From NCBI RefSeq assembly GCF_902652985.1, contig NC_047033.1:26102001-26166000 (forward strand): a stretch of 64,000 nt of DNA, given 5' to 3'. Below the pieces are notes generated by a model. It had not been told where the DNA came from. It was given only the letters and a program-made list of their open reading frames with translations, and searched no databases. Below are positions 13,881-27,336 of this stretch, in pieces (within the stretch, counting starts at the first letter, position 1; every line of letters starts with the position of its first letter). This DNA is from Pecten maximus (lineage: Eukaryota). A program made the position numbers and the translations under genes.

Positions 13881-16410
13881 TCTGTGAGGAGTACAGGTTA
13901 CAGGGAACGGGTTTCTGTGTGAAGTACAGGTTACAGGGAATGAGTTTCTTTGTGAAGTACAAGTTACAGGGAATGAGTTTCTTTGTGAAGTACAAGTTAC
14001 AGGGAATGAGTTTTTCTGTGAAGTACAGGTTACAGGGAACGGGTTTCTGTGTGAAGTACAAGTTACATGTACAGGGAATGAGTTTCTCTGTGAAGTACAA
14101 GTTACAGGGAATGGGTTTCTGTGTGAAGTACAGGTTACAAGGAATGAGTTTCTCTGTGAAGTACAGGTTACAGGGAACGGGTTTCTGTGTGAAGTACAAT
14201 TAAGTTACAGGGAATGAGTTTCTTTGTGAAGTACAGGTTACTGGGAATGGGTTTCTGTGTGAAGTACAGGTTACAGGGAATGAGTTTCTTTGTGAAGTAC
14301 AAGTTACAGGGAATGAGTTTCTTTGTGAAGTACAGGTTACAGGGAACGGGTTTCTGTGTGAAGTACAAGTTACAGGGAATGAGTTTTTCTGTGAAGTACA
14401 GGTTACAGGGAACGGGTTTCTGTGTGAAGTACAGGTTACATGTACAGGGAATGAGTTTCTCTGTGAAGTACAAGTTACAGGGAATGGGTTTCTGTGTGAA
14501 GTACAGGTTACAGGGAATGAGTTTCTCTGTGAAGTACAAGTAACAGGGAACGAGTTTCACTGTGAAGTACAATTAAGTTACAGGGAATGAGTTTCTTTGT
14601 GAAGTACAGGTTACTGGGAATGGGTTTCTGTGTGAAGTACAGGTTACTGGGAATGAGTTCTTCTGTGAAGTACAGCTAGGTTACAGGGAATGGGTTTCTG
14701 TGTGAAGTACAGGTTACTGGAAATGGGTTTCTGTATGAAGTACAGGTTAAAGGGAATGAATTTCTGTGTGAAGTAAAGGTTACTGGGAATGAGTTTTTTT
14801 GCGTAAGAAGTACAAATTACAGGGAGTGAGTTTATCCGTGAAGTACAGGTTACAGGGAGTGAGTTTCTCTGTGAAGTACATTAACGTTACAGGGAATGAG
14901 TTTCTCTGTTAAGTACAGGTAACTGGGAATGAGTTTTTCTGTGAAGTACAGGTTACAGGGAATGAGTTTTTCTGTGAAGTACAGGTTACAGGGAATGAGT
15001 TTCTTTGTGAAGTACAGGTTACAGGGAATGATTTTCGTTGTGAAGTACAAGTTACAGGGAATGAGTTTTTCTGTGAAGTACAGGTTACAGGGAATGAGTT
15101 TCTTTGTGAAGTACAGGTTACTGGGAATGGGTTTCTGTGTGAAGTACAAGTTATAGGGAATGAGTTTCTTTGTGAAGTACAAGTTACAGGGAATGGGTTT
15201 CTTTGTGAAGTACAGGTTACAGGGAATGAGTTTCTTTGTGAAGTACAGGTTACAGGGAACGGGTTTCTGTGTGAAGTACAAGTTACAGGGAATGAGTTTT
15301 TCTGTGAAGTACAGGTTACAGGGAACGGGTTTCTGTGTGAAGTACAAGTTACATGTACAGGGAATGAGTTTCTCTGTGAAGTACAAGTTACAGGGAATGG
15401 GTTTCTGTGTGAAGTACAGGTTACAGGGAATGAGTTTCTCTGTGAAGTACAAGTAACAGGGAACGAGTTTCACTGTGAAGTACAATTAAGTTACAGGGAA
15501 TGAGTTTCTTTGTGAAGTACAGGTTACTGGGAATGGGTTTCTGTGTGAAGTACAGGTTACTGGTATGAGTTTTTCTGTGAAGTACAGCTAGGTTACAGGG
15601 AATGGGCTTCTGTGTGAAGTACAGGTTACTGGGAATGGGTTTCTGTATGAAGTACAGATTAAAGGGAATGAATTTCTGTGTGAAGTAAAGGTTACAGGGA
15701 ACGAGTTTCTGTGTGAAGTAAAGGTTAATGGGAATGAGTTTCTGTGTGAAGTAAAGGTTACTGGGAATGAGTTTCTTTGTGTAAGAAGTACAAATTACAG
15801 GGAGTGAGTTTATCCGTGAAGTACAGGTTACAGGGAGTGAATTTCTCTGTGAAGTACATTAACGTTACAGGGAATGAGTTTCTCTGTTAAGTACAGGTTA
15901 CTGGGAATGAGTTTTTCTGTGAAGTACAGGTTACAGGGAATGAGTTTTTCTGTGAAGTACAGGTTACAGGGAATGGGTTTCTGTGTAAAGTACAGGTTAC
16001 TGGGAATGAGTTTTTCTGTGAAGTACAGGTTACAGGGAATGGGTTTCTGTGTGAAGTACATGTTACTGGGAATGAGTTTTTCTGTGAAGTACAGGTTACA
16101 GGGAATGAGTTTTTCTGTGGAGTACAGGTTACAGGGAATGAGTTTTTCTGTGGAGTACAGGTTACAGGGAATGAGTTTTTCTGTGAAGTACAGGTTACAG
16201 GGAATGAGTTTTTCTGTGAAGTACATTAAGTTACAGGGAATGGGTTTCTGTGTGAAGTACAGGTTACTGGGAATGAGTTTTTCTGTGGAGTACAGGTTAC
16301 AGGGAATGAGTTTCAGTGTGAAGTACAGGTTACAGGGAATGTCAGTTTCTCTGCAGGTTTAAGGGAATGGGTTTCTGTGTGATGTACAGGTTACAGGGAA
16401 TGAGTTTTTT
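13881..16410. repeat. 33-bp minisatellite with higher-order duplications
   Basis: gtgaagtacaggttacagggaatgagtttctct. Confidence 0.97.
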
Positions 16411-17149
16411 TTTAAATATTTGAATTCAATATTTTAGTAATATTACATTACTTTTATGTTAATTTTGTCACTATTTAAGTGTTTTCCAAAATTTAACACT
16501 TTAGTTCATGTTTACATTATAGGGAGTTAGTTTATATGTTTTATAAGGGTTGCAAGGTTGAATTTCTTTGTGTTGAGGTTTATAGTTTGCAGGAAATTAG
16601 TTTATTCAGTATACCAGGTAAGTTACAAGGAATGAAATTCTCAGTGTTGTTAAGGTTACAGGGAGTGAAATTCTCAATGTTGTTAAGGTTACAGGGAGTG
16701 AAATTCTCAGTGTTGTGTAGGTTTCAGGACACCGTTTTTGCTGTGTTATAAATAGATTTTGGTTTCAATAGCCATTTGAGATGTTGTGACGTCAATGATC
16801 GATTCAAGCAATTTTCTTTCTGATTAATAACACTTGCTACAGGCTGAGCAATGATAGAACCCCCATACAAAATACAAGATTATCATAGACAAACAGAGAA
16901 ATACCTATCTATAGTTAAATTACCTAGTAAGTTAAATAATGGAATATTGCAGATGGGTTTACTTAGCTTACAGTAAAACTACCGTGTAGAACACATAAAT
17001 GTAACCATATAGACTCACAGAAGTATCTAGTTTAGATGTTCTTTCCAAATCTCTTTTATGTGTAAAGTAATATCTTGTAGTATAATGATGTCACCAATTT
17101 TCCTAATATTTTATTCTTTAACTCCAATGTAGATGCGTGAATTAAAAGA

Positions 17150-17814
17150 ACAAAAAGACCTTGGCCTAAAATTATGGGATATGATGGGATATGAAGGGAT
17201 ATAAAGTTTGTTCAAATGATTGACCTTGACCTACTTTCAAGGTCAAAGGGGTCAGATGTGTTGTAATATTTAAACAATTTATTTTCTTCTTCTGAACAAT
17301 GAAGCAGTAGCCTTAAATGGTAATATGTGGTTTATTGACATACTGGATAATTTATCAAGTTTGTTCAAATGAATGACCTTGACATACAATCAAGGTCACA
17401 ACAACTGGGGATAATTGTGTCATAACTTCCATATAATATCTTCTGAATAAAAAGACTCAAGGGTCATGATATTTTTCTAATGACATGCTGTCGTGTTTGT
17501 TTAAGTAAATGGATATGACCACTCTCAAGGTCAAAGAGGTCAAATTTGTTAAAACTTCTGAAAAACTTTAAAGCCCTATGTTCATGAAAATGTGGAGTTT
17601 CCTCAAATGAATGACCTTGACCTACATTCAAGGCCAAATAAGTAAAAAGTACTTACATATTGAAATGATTTTTGATGAATAAACAACAAGTCATGGGGAT
17701 GGTATCTCAAGTGTAGCATACTTGGAAAGAAGACTTAAACTTAGAATCCACATTAGCAACTGAATAATTCTATAAAACAGAGCTGGTGAGCAATACAGGT
17801 CCATTGGGCTTTTG
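17150..17814 (+). mobile_element. 5'-truncated HINE-like element
   Basis: About 4 internal repeats with tgaccttgacctactttcaaggtca; 3' end ctggtgagcaatacaggtccattgggct. Confidence 0.6.
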
Positions 17815-18654
17815 AAATAAACACTTACAAGCTGGAACACAATTACTCATTGTTCCAACAGGTGATATTATTTCTAATCTTTTTTTCTCCACATAAAAGT
17901 TGTAGTCAGTGACTTTCCCAGTGGATAAAGTGTTGGAGGCATAGATCCAAGTTTTGGATAATTATCTTTTAATCACCAATAGAAGTGCTCTATAAATCTC
18001 TAGTGATACCCAAAATTCTATCATAATGGAATAAAAAGCAAGTTCAGGAAAATTTATTGAAAAAGAAAGTAAATTACCAGAATCCATAGGGAATACTGTC
18101 GTGTGAGGGCATGTCACTGTTAATATTTACAAAAAAAATACTTAATGTTCATAGTGATATATTTATAATTCAAATTAAAACTGCCTCAACCTCCAGATCT
18201 AATGCTAGCTGTCTCAGTTTCCTTTTGTTAATTTCTCCCTCTATATATTCCTCGTTTCACTAACTTGTGATAAGATATGTACCCTTTGTTAAAGAGAGCT
18301 ACTGCCGGATATAGCCACAATGTTTTAATTGTATAAAGCATCTGGGTTACAGTGAGAGGCAGCTAAATGTTGGACCACCCTGATTGACAGTTAGAATTGT
18401 ATCCAGCATGAGTTTCAAACATTGTCTCTCCTCTATTCATCAGTATCTATGAAGGCCTTTTGTTTTATCTGCACAAACTTTACAGCAAGAAGTCCTTCAT
18501 TGGTGCGGGTTTGAGAAATGTAGAGATGGTTTGCCTAATAACAAGTGAAGCCATTAAAACAATGCATGTTTTTGTGGAGCATTAGGAGAATTAAGCATTG
18601 TAACAGTGTTGTTTGTGTAACAAGATCGTGACCATTTACCCCATTATTAATGGT

Positions 18655-19270
18655 ACTTGACGTTCCCATCAAACCCTCTAGTGATGTTACCCCAGTCTTA
18701 ACAGTTCTCCTGCTCCCATCAAACCCTCTAGTGATGTTACCCCAGTCTTAATAGTTCTCCTGCTCCCATCAAACCCTTTAGTGATGTTACCCCAGTCTTA
18801 ACAGTACTCAACGTTCCCATCAAGCCCTTTAGTGATGTTACCCCAGTCTTAACTTTACCTCCCCCTCCCAGGCCATCAAACCCTCTAGTAATGTTACCCC
18901 AATCTTAACGGTACTCAACGTTCCCATCAAGCCCTCTAGTGATGTTACCCCAGTCTTAACAGTACTTCTTGCTCCCATCAAACCCTTTAGTGATGTTACC
19001 CCAGTCTTAACAGTACTCAACATTCCCATCAAGCCCTCTAGTAATGTTACCCCAATCTTAACCGTACTCAACATTCCCATCAAGCCCTCTAGTGATGTTA
19101 CCCCAGTCTTAACAGTACTTCCTGCTCCCATCAAGCCCTCTTGTGATGTTATCCCAATCTTAACAGTACTATTTGCTCTCATCAAGTCAGTGATTTTACC
19201 CAAATCTTGATCATACTTTAATTTTCCAACAAATACTCTAGTGATGTTACTCCAGTCAAAACAGTACTTT
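18655..19270. repeat. 50/51-bp minisatellite
   Basis: cccatcaaaccctctagtgatgttaccccagtcttaacagtact... Confidence 0.93.
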
Positions 19271-19339
19271 TCACTCCCAACAATTGAACCATCTAGTGTG
19301 TGCGTGTTTTTTTTTTATTATTATCATTTTGTATTTTTT

Positions 19340-19870
19340 TGTCACCTGCCCAAAAGCAGCTGGCATATGTCCATCCTTCACCTGTGTAGTTTCTGTCTGG
19401 CATAAACTTTTCCTTCTATAAAACCTCTTCTTATTTAGTGTTGTGTTTGGTCAGCAGCAAGCTAGGATAAAGGGTTACAAAGTTTGTTTAAATGAATGAC
19501 CTTGACCTACTTTCAAGGTCACAGGGGTCAAATGTGTTTGATCTTATGAAAGACATTGATTTGAATAACCCAAACCCCAGGGTTATGATTTTGAACCAAT
19601 CATTTTCCAATGAATGACCGACCTTGACCTATTTCAAAGGTCAATGTGGGGTCTAATCTTTCAATATCTGTCCCTGCATGAATTCCAGAATCCCAGGGTT
19701 ATATCATTTATGTAACAATCAATGAAAAGAAATGGTATCAGTTTGAGTGCTAAATCCATGACCTATATAAATCATCTTTGAGATTCAAATGTATGAAATC
19801 TTCCCCTAAAATCTTCACTTCATAATCTGCAGAACAGATGAGCAATGAGGGTCCCTTGTACCGTTTGTTA
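19340..19870 (+). mobile_element. Degenerate HINE-like element
   Basis: 5' tcacctg, the same internal tgaccttgacctactttcaaggtca repeats, and 3' cagatgagcaat. Confidence 0.55.
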
Positions 19871-21300
19871 AGATTTGTGATTTGCAAAATTGCACAAAAA
19901 CATGCATAGTTATATATATCAGTTTATTCATTCTTGATCTTTTGACGTCAATGCAGATGTACAACTCAGGATGTATTGACATTGTTAAGTTAGATATGTG
20001 AAATTTACATAAAGATAATGTTCAAAACATCAGTACCATTTTGTATCGGCGCAAAGTTGGTTTTAACATTCTGGAATCTCCGGAGTGTTTAAATCCATGC
20101 TATACAGTGAAAAGCTATCATAAATATTTTTTTTTAACTGAATATTTATGTTTACAAGATAAACAGGATAAGCAGTAGGTCATGTTGAACTTTAATATTG
20201 AGGTTAGGAGATATGGTGCTTGGTACCAGAGATCTTGGAAAGGAAGACACACATTTCTGTTTAGAAATGGAAACATTAAGTTTATTACAAATGCGGTATG
20301 TTTCCGACCATTAAGAGGCATATGTACTCTGGCATGGAGCCTGCACATACTGAAAAGTACAATTAATTCCCTGCATTTCCTTGAGGCTAAGTATTGACAA
20401 ATCCAAACCGGTGTTTATACCTGTTTACATTCTAAGGAATCTACTTCATACAATCTTACCCTTAGTTCAGCCGAAATCACAACTTGTGCAACACGTCTGC
20501 ACATTAGATTCTATTCAAATGGTTACCATGGCAACCCATCTTATTCTTGTGAGATGGAAAAATTGGGAGAACTGTATCATCGTGGCTGAGAGAATGCTTA
20601 TCTTTTTCATGTCTTAAGAGTAATTTCATTTGCCCCTGTGCCATATAGGGATAATACGAAGCTGAGGCCAATACATAGATTTTGGCAGGAAGCATAATTA
20701 TTTATTAAGTCAACCAATCATGTGGCCATTTTCCATTAGGTTTTATATGGAATCGTAGTGTTAACAGACATTGTCAGTCTTTCCACAGTTACTATTTATA
20801 GACTATAGGCTGCACGGTAATATCCGGAGGTCATGACCTGCTAATTAAGGATTGCTATGCAGAAGAAATGAATTTCCCAATTAAACATACATTTGCTCAA
20901 AGTAGCTTGCTTGAATTGTACAAGTAGTAAAATATTTTCAGAGAAATATCCAGGTTTATCATCATAACTACACTATTGTTTAAAAAAAAAAGATTCTAAA
21001 ATGGCAATTTAAAATGGTCAGTCATTAATTCAGAGTTTAAGAGTTCAGTATTTAGCTACAATGTGGCGATCGATTGTTTGTCTCAAACAATACTACCAGA
21101 GGGGATCATTGTTACATGGTAGTGTATGTTTGTCCCCAACACTACAACCAGAGGGGATCATTATTACATGGTAGTGTATGTTTGTCACCAACAATACTAC
21201 TGAAAGAGACTATGGCTTGTAGGCAGTCGCATGTGTATACTTTTAATTATTTTTTTTTTTTATTAGAAGATTTCATAATATGAAACAGAGAATGCCTGAA

Positions 21301-21834
21301 AAGAGCGAAGCTATAGCTAGTATGCCAATGTACAACATAAAAATATAGTGATAAACGTTTCGCCGTTTAAATACGAGAATGTGACCTAGCTTATATGACA
21401 TAACCTTTGACAGTCGTTAACTATCGGTAATTTTCAACATACCGATTCTGCAACCGGGAACTTTTGGTACTTTCCGTCCAAATTCAATCGCAATTAACAT
21501 CTCGGTTAATTTCCGGCAATCTTCGGAAATATGCCGAATGTTCCCAGTTCCGTCCTCGAAACCATATAACTCGAGCTATATTTTATTCTCACGCTATAAG
21601 AGGTATTTTTTATAAAAATAATTAGTCAGCATTATGAACACACCAACTGGATTGTACGTTATATAGACTGTTTATGTTAACAGTTTCTGCAGACATATGC
21701 ACCGGGCTCCTTACTGTTACTGTTTCCGTTTCCGGCAGAAATTTTTCTGGCTGTACCATCCCGCAGAACGTTATGCGAAGTTGGACTAGAATATTGTACA
21801 TACATGCACTTTAACGGTAAAGAGCTTCGCTCTT
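21301..21834. mobile_element. MITE-like element with 12-bp terminal inverted repeats
   Basis: AAGAGCGAAGCT (21301) and AGCTTCGCTCTT (21823-21834). The interior is visibly CpG-richer than the flanks. Confidence 0.6.
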
Positions 21835-24800
21835 ATTAACTCTATATATTATACAGAGTTATTGCCCTTTAATCGGGGTTAATATCATTGTCCATGGTGT
21901 ATGGTATATATGGTATACCATATCACCGACAATTTCTGAACTTTGAATGTAAGTGCCCATAGGGATGGCAAAGTGCTGTATACTAAAATTTATATCTTAG
22001 GCCATATAGGGCACAATAAATATGACCCTTCTTGTCAAATTCATGAAGCAAGGCTACATGTGTTCCTTTTCCTCAACAGCAGTGACGGTGCCATCAACAT
22101 TTCACTTTGAAGTTTTGGATTTAGATCCGTTGCATCAAAGTCTAAGTTTGACTAAAGGTGGTTTATAGTGGATGACTCAACACAGCCTTCATTTATTTCA
22201 TGGTCCAGTGACTCTGGAAATTAGGGATTCTGGGAAGCTGGACATTAAAATTTTGATTTTAGCTCAGTTTCTCGAAAAGTATCAGTGATGTTCAAACCAA
22301 AACTGGACTATATATACATTGTAGTATATTTACATTTGCTCCGCATTCCCCCATTGACACAATGCTAAGAGGCAATTGCCACCATACACCTATAACACCC
22401 AGTACCTCGATCAGGCTATAACACCCAGTGGGTCATGTGACATCGAAAAAGCAGGATTTGTTTGTGTTGGATTAGTTTTTTCAAAGTTGAAGAAAATGGT
22501 AAGACAATGTAAATATAAGTATTGAACAGTTGTAATGGGTTCCCATGCTACATTTGCCAACCATACATCTTACTGCCATGTCGACTATAACAACATTATA
22601 AAACCACTGTTCATTGCTTAAATGGACATCTCAACACACGTACCCTACAGATTGAATGACTTTTTTTTTTATTTTGCTGTATTTTTGGGTTAAAAACTTT
22701 TTAAACATTTTTAGATTTTGAGAAATTGATATTAAATTTGTATTGCTTCTCCAACTGATCTATAAATTAGTTTATACCCAAATTGGAATTAATTTTGAAT
22801 AAATCAGATGCGTTTTTTCCTACTTAATTTCAGAAAAATTGTTTTTTGGGTAAAAATGACATATTTTGGTGAATTTTGAGAATTTGTGATTTTGCAAACT
22901 TAGACATTTGTTTTGTAATGCTACAATATTTACACATGTCTTTTATGTACACAGAGTGCTTCCGTACTATCAAGTGGAGGGGTTTACTTTGGTTGTTCTG
23001 GGAAAAAATACTGAAATTTTAGTGAATTTGAGAGTTTACTTACTTATAGTTAAAACTTACTTGATTGACAGGCGAGACATGTAATTCATTCTTGTTACAT
23101 GATATGTCACATGATACATATATGGAGGATGTCTCTTATGGCATGAATCCCAAGACTACAAAGCAATTTCTCTTGGGATGGAAGAAGTTTTGCATACTGA
23201 AATTAATTAGTTACATGGAAAACTATGCAGAGTTTTGGAGTGTTCATTGTTTTTGCATATTAAGCTTGACTGAATGTGTGAGTGTATGAGGGGGTTGGGG
23301 AGTTGGAATGGGGGGGGGGGGGGGGGATCAGTTTATCTGGAGGGGAGGAGGCAGTTTACCTAAAAAGGAGGGGTGAGTTGCCCTGTAGGTGGGAGGGCAG
23401 TTGTTTACTTGAATTTTGGAGGGTCATGTTGGATCATTGATTTAAAATGATATTCATATCATTTTAACATTAGACGTTTTAGTTATCATTATAATCACTA
23501 ACCAAGGACTCTTATTTGAGCAGCCAGGATCATTTTGATGTGTCTGTGTAGTAGCTGGTGGCTACCTCAACATCATATGCTATCCAAAGTAATTGGGGCA
23601 TAATGTCTGCATACTAATATCATTACCAAAGAATGTCCACAGGATCTCCGATGATTAACACAATTCTAGACAGCCTTCAGTATTATCACAATCGAACCAC
23701 ATAATTTCTTCACCTGAGGTTAAAGTTGGCTACAAAACTCATCATAGCCATGTAAACAAAAAAACAAAGTTTTAGTATCTTCCTTCCTATAAAATGTATG
23801 TTTGACAAAACAACATCCAGCCAACATTCTAAGTAACTTTTCACTGTATTTACCATCTAGCTGCTAAAAATTTTAGCAATCATTTCGACCATGATATCTG
23901 ATGGAAACAGTAATAGGTCTGTGAAACGAGCCAATATTATAAGCTTCTTCCTCCTGATGAGTGTACCTGAGTTTAGATCCACAGCATATATATTCTGTAA
24001 ACATTCTTTTTATAGGTGCACAAAGATTTTCATTTGAGACAAAATTTACACATTTTAAAGTGGTGTTGAAATTTTTGTGAGGTGCAATTTTTGTGATTTC
24101 AATATTTCAAAAAAATTATAAATACACAAATGTTTTAATATCTATGAACACTTAGATTTATTCTTCTACCGTCAGTCAATTACAGTGGTAGCTCAGTCAC
24201 GATTCACAAGCTCCATGATTCACACTCGAATTAATTAATTACGATGTCTGGTTAATTTTCAGCCTGCATGATCGTCCATATTGCACAATCGATAGCTATA
24301 TATATATCTCCATTCAGTTTCTAAAATTTTAAGGAAATGTTTATAATACGTTTAAGATTTTTTACATTGTCGTATTTAGTGAGCTGTTCTGTAACGTGGA
24401 ACTCAACATACCAGCGTCGAAAAGAGGCTTCTATTTTTTTTAGATGAATTTGACATACTTTTAAAACAATGGAAGTAACTCGACCAGACAACTAATCCTA
24501 GCTAAGTTTACATTTTGTAATTTTGGTGATTTTGATAGGGTCACAAAATTTCCGAAAATCAGATATGTGCAAAAATTCTTGATCTACATATAAAATACAA
24601 ATACACAATATGGGAAGTATCCCTCAGCTCTGTGTAAAATATTTCAAAAGTGTGTCGGCTGAAATGGTGAGTTGTGGAAATGGCTCCCTTCCATCCCTGT
24701 GTCCCTGACCTCTCTTCAATAAATTTCTAACGAACACACATTTCTTTAGGTGTTGACGCACCGCTTTATTAACTGTTAAAGTGGGGTTTTTTTTTACCTG

Positions 24801-25289
24801 AAGGTCTGTAAACGAGATCCAGTCGGCAATTAATTAGAGAAATTGCACCAGTAATTAAGGGGCAATTTAATTAGGTTATTATCTTGAGATGAGTTTTAAA
24901 ATTTAACACACAGTAAAATAGATTTTATAGCATATTTCCATCCCAGGCCACACATTTGAAGTGACAAGCGTTTTTTTCTGGTCAGTATTTCTTTGGTAAG
25001 AACTAGCCATGCTGGTATGGGAACTTAGGAGTTTACAAACAGCTGACCTAGTTCAGCAGGTGGGTCTATAAGAAGGGACTTAAAAGTTCTAGAGGAGGGA
25101 TCTAGAGTCACAATCAAGTCAGATGGAGAGCTCTCATCAGTCTTTCAGGATTGAGAACCCTTCAGTATAGATAAGGAAAACCGAATGTTTAGATTAAGGA
25201 TTCCCCACGTTTAAATCTAAAATTTACTGCAAAAACTTATGTAATTTACAAACTTTTGGGGGTAGAAATTTCTGTTGTAGTGGAGCTAG

Positions 25290-25430
25290 GGTGCGTAAAT
25301 TACACTGGTGTGTAAAAATTACACTGGTGCGTAAGAATTACACTGGTGTGTAAATGACAAAGGTGCATAAATTACAAATGTGCGTAAATTACACTGGTAT
25401 GTAAATTACACTGATATGTAAATTATACGA
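25290..25430. repeat. ~17-19-bp short tandem repeat
   Basis: gtaaattacactggtgt variants. Confidence 0.75.
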
Positions 25431-27336
25431 GTTTCCATGATACCCTAAGTGTTGAAAAATACATAGGACATTCAGGTACACCATATCATTTACGGAAGTT
25501 AATTAAATGATTGATCTCATTGGTTGAGAAATCAATTTATGAATCAGCTGGTTTGATTTAAAGATTTGATCCTGTCATACAAATATACAGGAGGTGCTGA
25601 AATTGATTTCCTTTTCTGATTTTCCATCGCTCCATTAACTGTAAACAGGTTTACCTCTATTATTTGTATACTGCAGCAAATTTCTGAACAACGTTTATCT
25701 GTGGACTTCATAGATTTGTTTCAAGTAAGCTTGGCAGAGTTACTTCCCTTGAGCAAAAAAATGTTATCTAAAATGGAAGAGATTGATGTGGCTGCAAACC
25801 TTATAGCTGCTTTCTATGTATTTAGTGTTTGGATATAGATAATACATTGTGTTTTTAAACATTGATTTGATATATATGCATATTGAGACATGAAGATATA
25901 TATTTGTTTTAACACACAGATACATAAAACATGTGCAGGATTTACAATCCTTTGAAAGTTATGCAGTGTATACAGAAACATAATTATACTTGTAGTGTTA
26001 AAGCTTATAGAACCATTTTTGCTGTTGACTTTTCCAGTGTTCATCTAGTTCGTTCTCAAATTGTTTTACTCGACATTGCATTCACAACCCTCGACGGAAG
26101 ACTGTTCAACATATCAACTTTTTTCAGTCTGAAAGAATATTTCCTTATATTCAACTTGGAAAACTCTTTATATAAAATAATTATAATATATAGGATTTTG
26201 TTCAAATTACATCTGTATATATATATTGTCACTATAGACAGGTTCTTTGGTAGGGCACACAGAAATGTCTTTGTCTGGAGAAATGAGACACCTTCCCGTA
26301 GCCAGGAAGTGCCTTGTCGGAAAATTACCCCAATGTGAAGAAGTTTTGATGTTGATAAAAGTGATAAGACATCATAAAATTTAAATTGACTTGGCCTCCA
26401 TCCTGGAGCTTTATACCCTGATATCAAATATGCATACTATATTATGTAATAATGAATAAATAAAATTCATGAATTATTCCATGTGAAAAATGTGCCACTG
26501 AAAATAAAATGTCTGACACGGAACGAGCAAGGTGAATTTATATATGCCGAACCTTCGCTATCAGTGATTTGTCGATTTAGGACAGTTTGACCAGGTAAAA
26601 ACCAATTAGTTTGACAAAGGTTTCAGTTATATACCATTTCCTTTGTTATGTGGTACACAATGACTTATATACCTGGACTAAACATGTATAATATACCATC
26701 GGGGCTGTAAAATGTTTAACCTCCTACTATATCCCTCTGATCATTGCCCTGTGTTTATGAGACAATTTAGACTTCCGAACTATTGACTTATATTGTCAAG
26801 TGTGGACAATTGTACATAATCATGGATATTTATGACATGTTGTCCAAGGTGTGACCCCCAGAGGAACACAACTACTGTAGATAAATTGACAGACACCTAC
26901 TGAAGCTGGTAACTAACTAATTAATTAAAAAGTGTTTAATAACATGTGAGAAACAATGAAGGGAGACAACTCAGCTTATACACAGTACTTAGAAGAGAGC
27001 CTCTCTGCAATATAATGACTTTTTAGTCCGACATTTGAGGCTAAAGTTTTGACAGAGATACTGATGAAGAAGTTAAGCTTGCTCAGTATGAGATAGGATT
27101 TAATTTGGTTTTTAAGAGGATGTATGCAGCCTATCGCCAGAAACTTAGGAAATGGAAGGGCAAGTATAAAAACTATAGATATTTGTGTGGTTTTGGTCAG
27201 GACTTTAAGTGCTACAGGAATTGTAGTATCTGCATGTTGTTAAGGAAGCTGAGAATACCTGTAAGTACAGAAGTTGATCTGTACTCAAAATGAAACATAT
27301 ACTATCAAGTAATGGTACAAAATCTATGTTGTCGGC

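Noticed and set aside
24050-24590. Possible degraded MITE with aaattttt/aaaattc ends
   Set aside because: The termini are too degenerate to define.
25814-26427. ORFs of 76-135 aa in unique sequence
   Set aside because: No recognisable domain. An AT-rich low-complexity middle interrupts the protein-like parts, and no convincing splice-site pair was seen.
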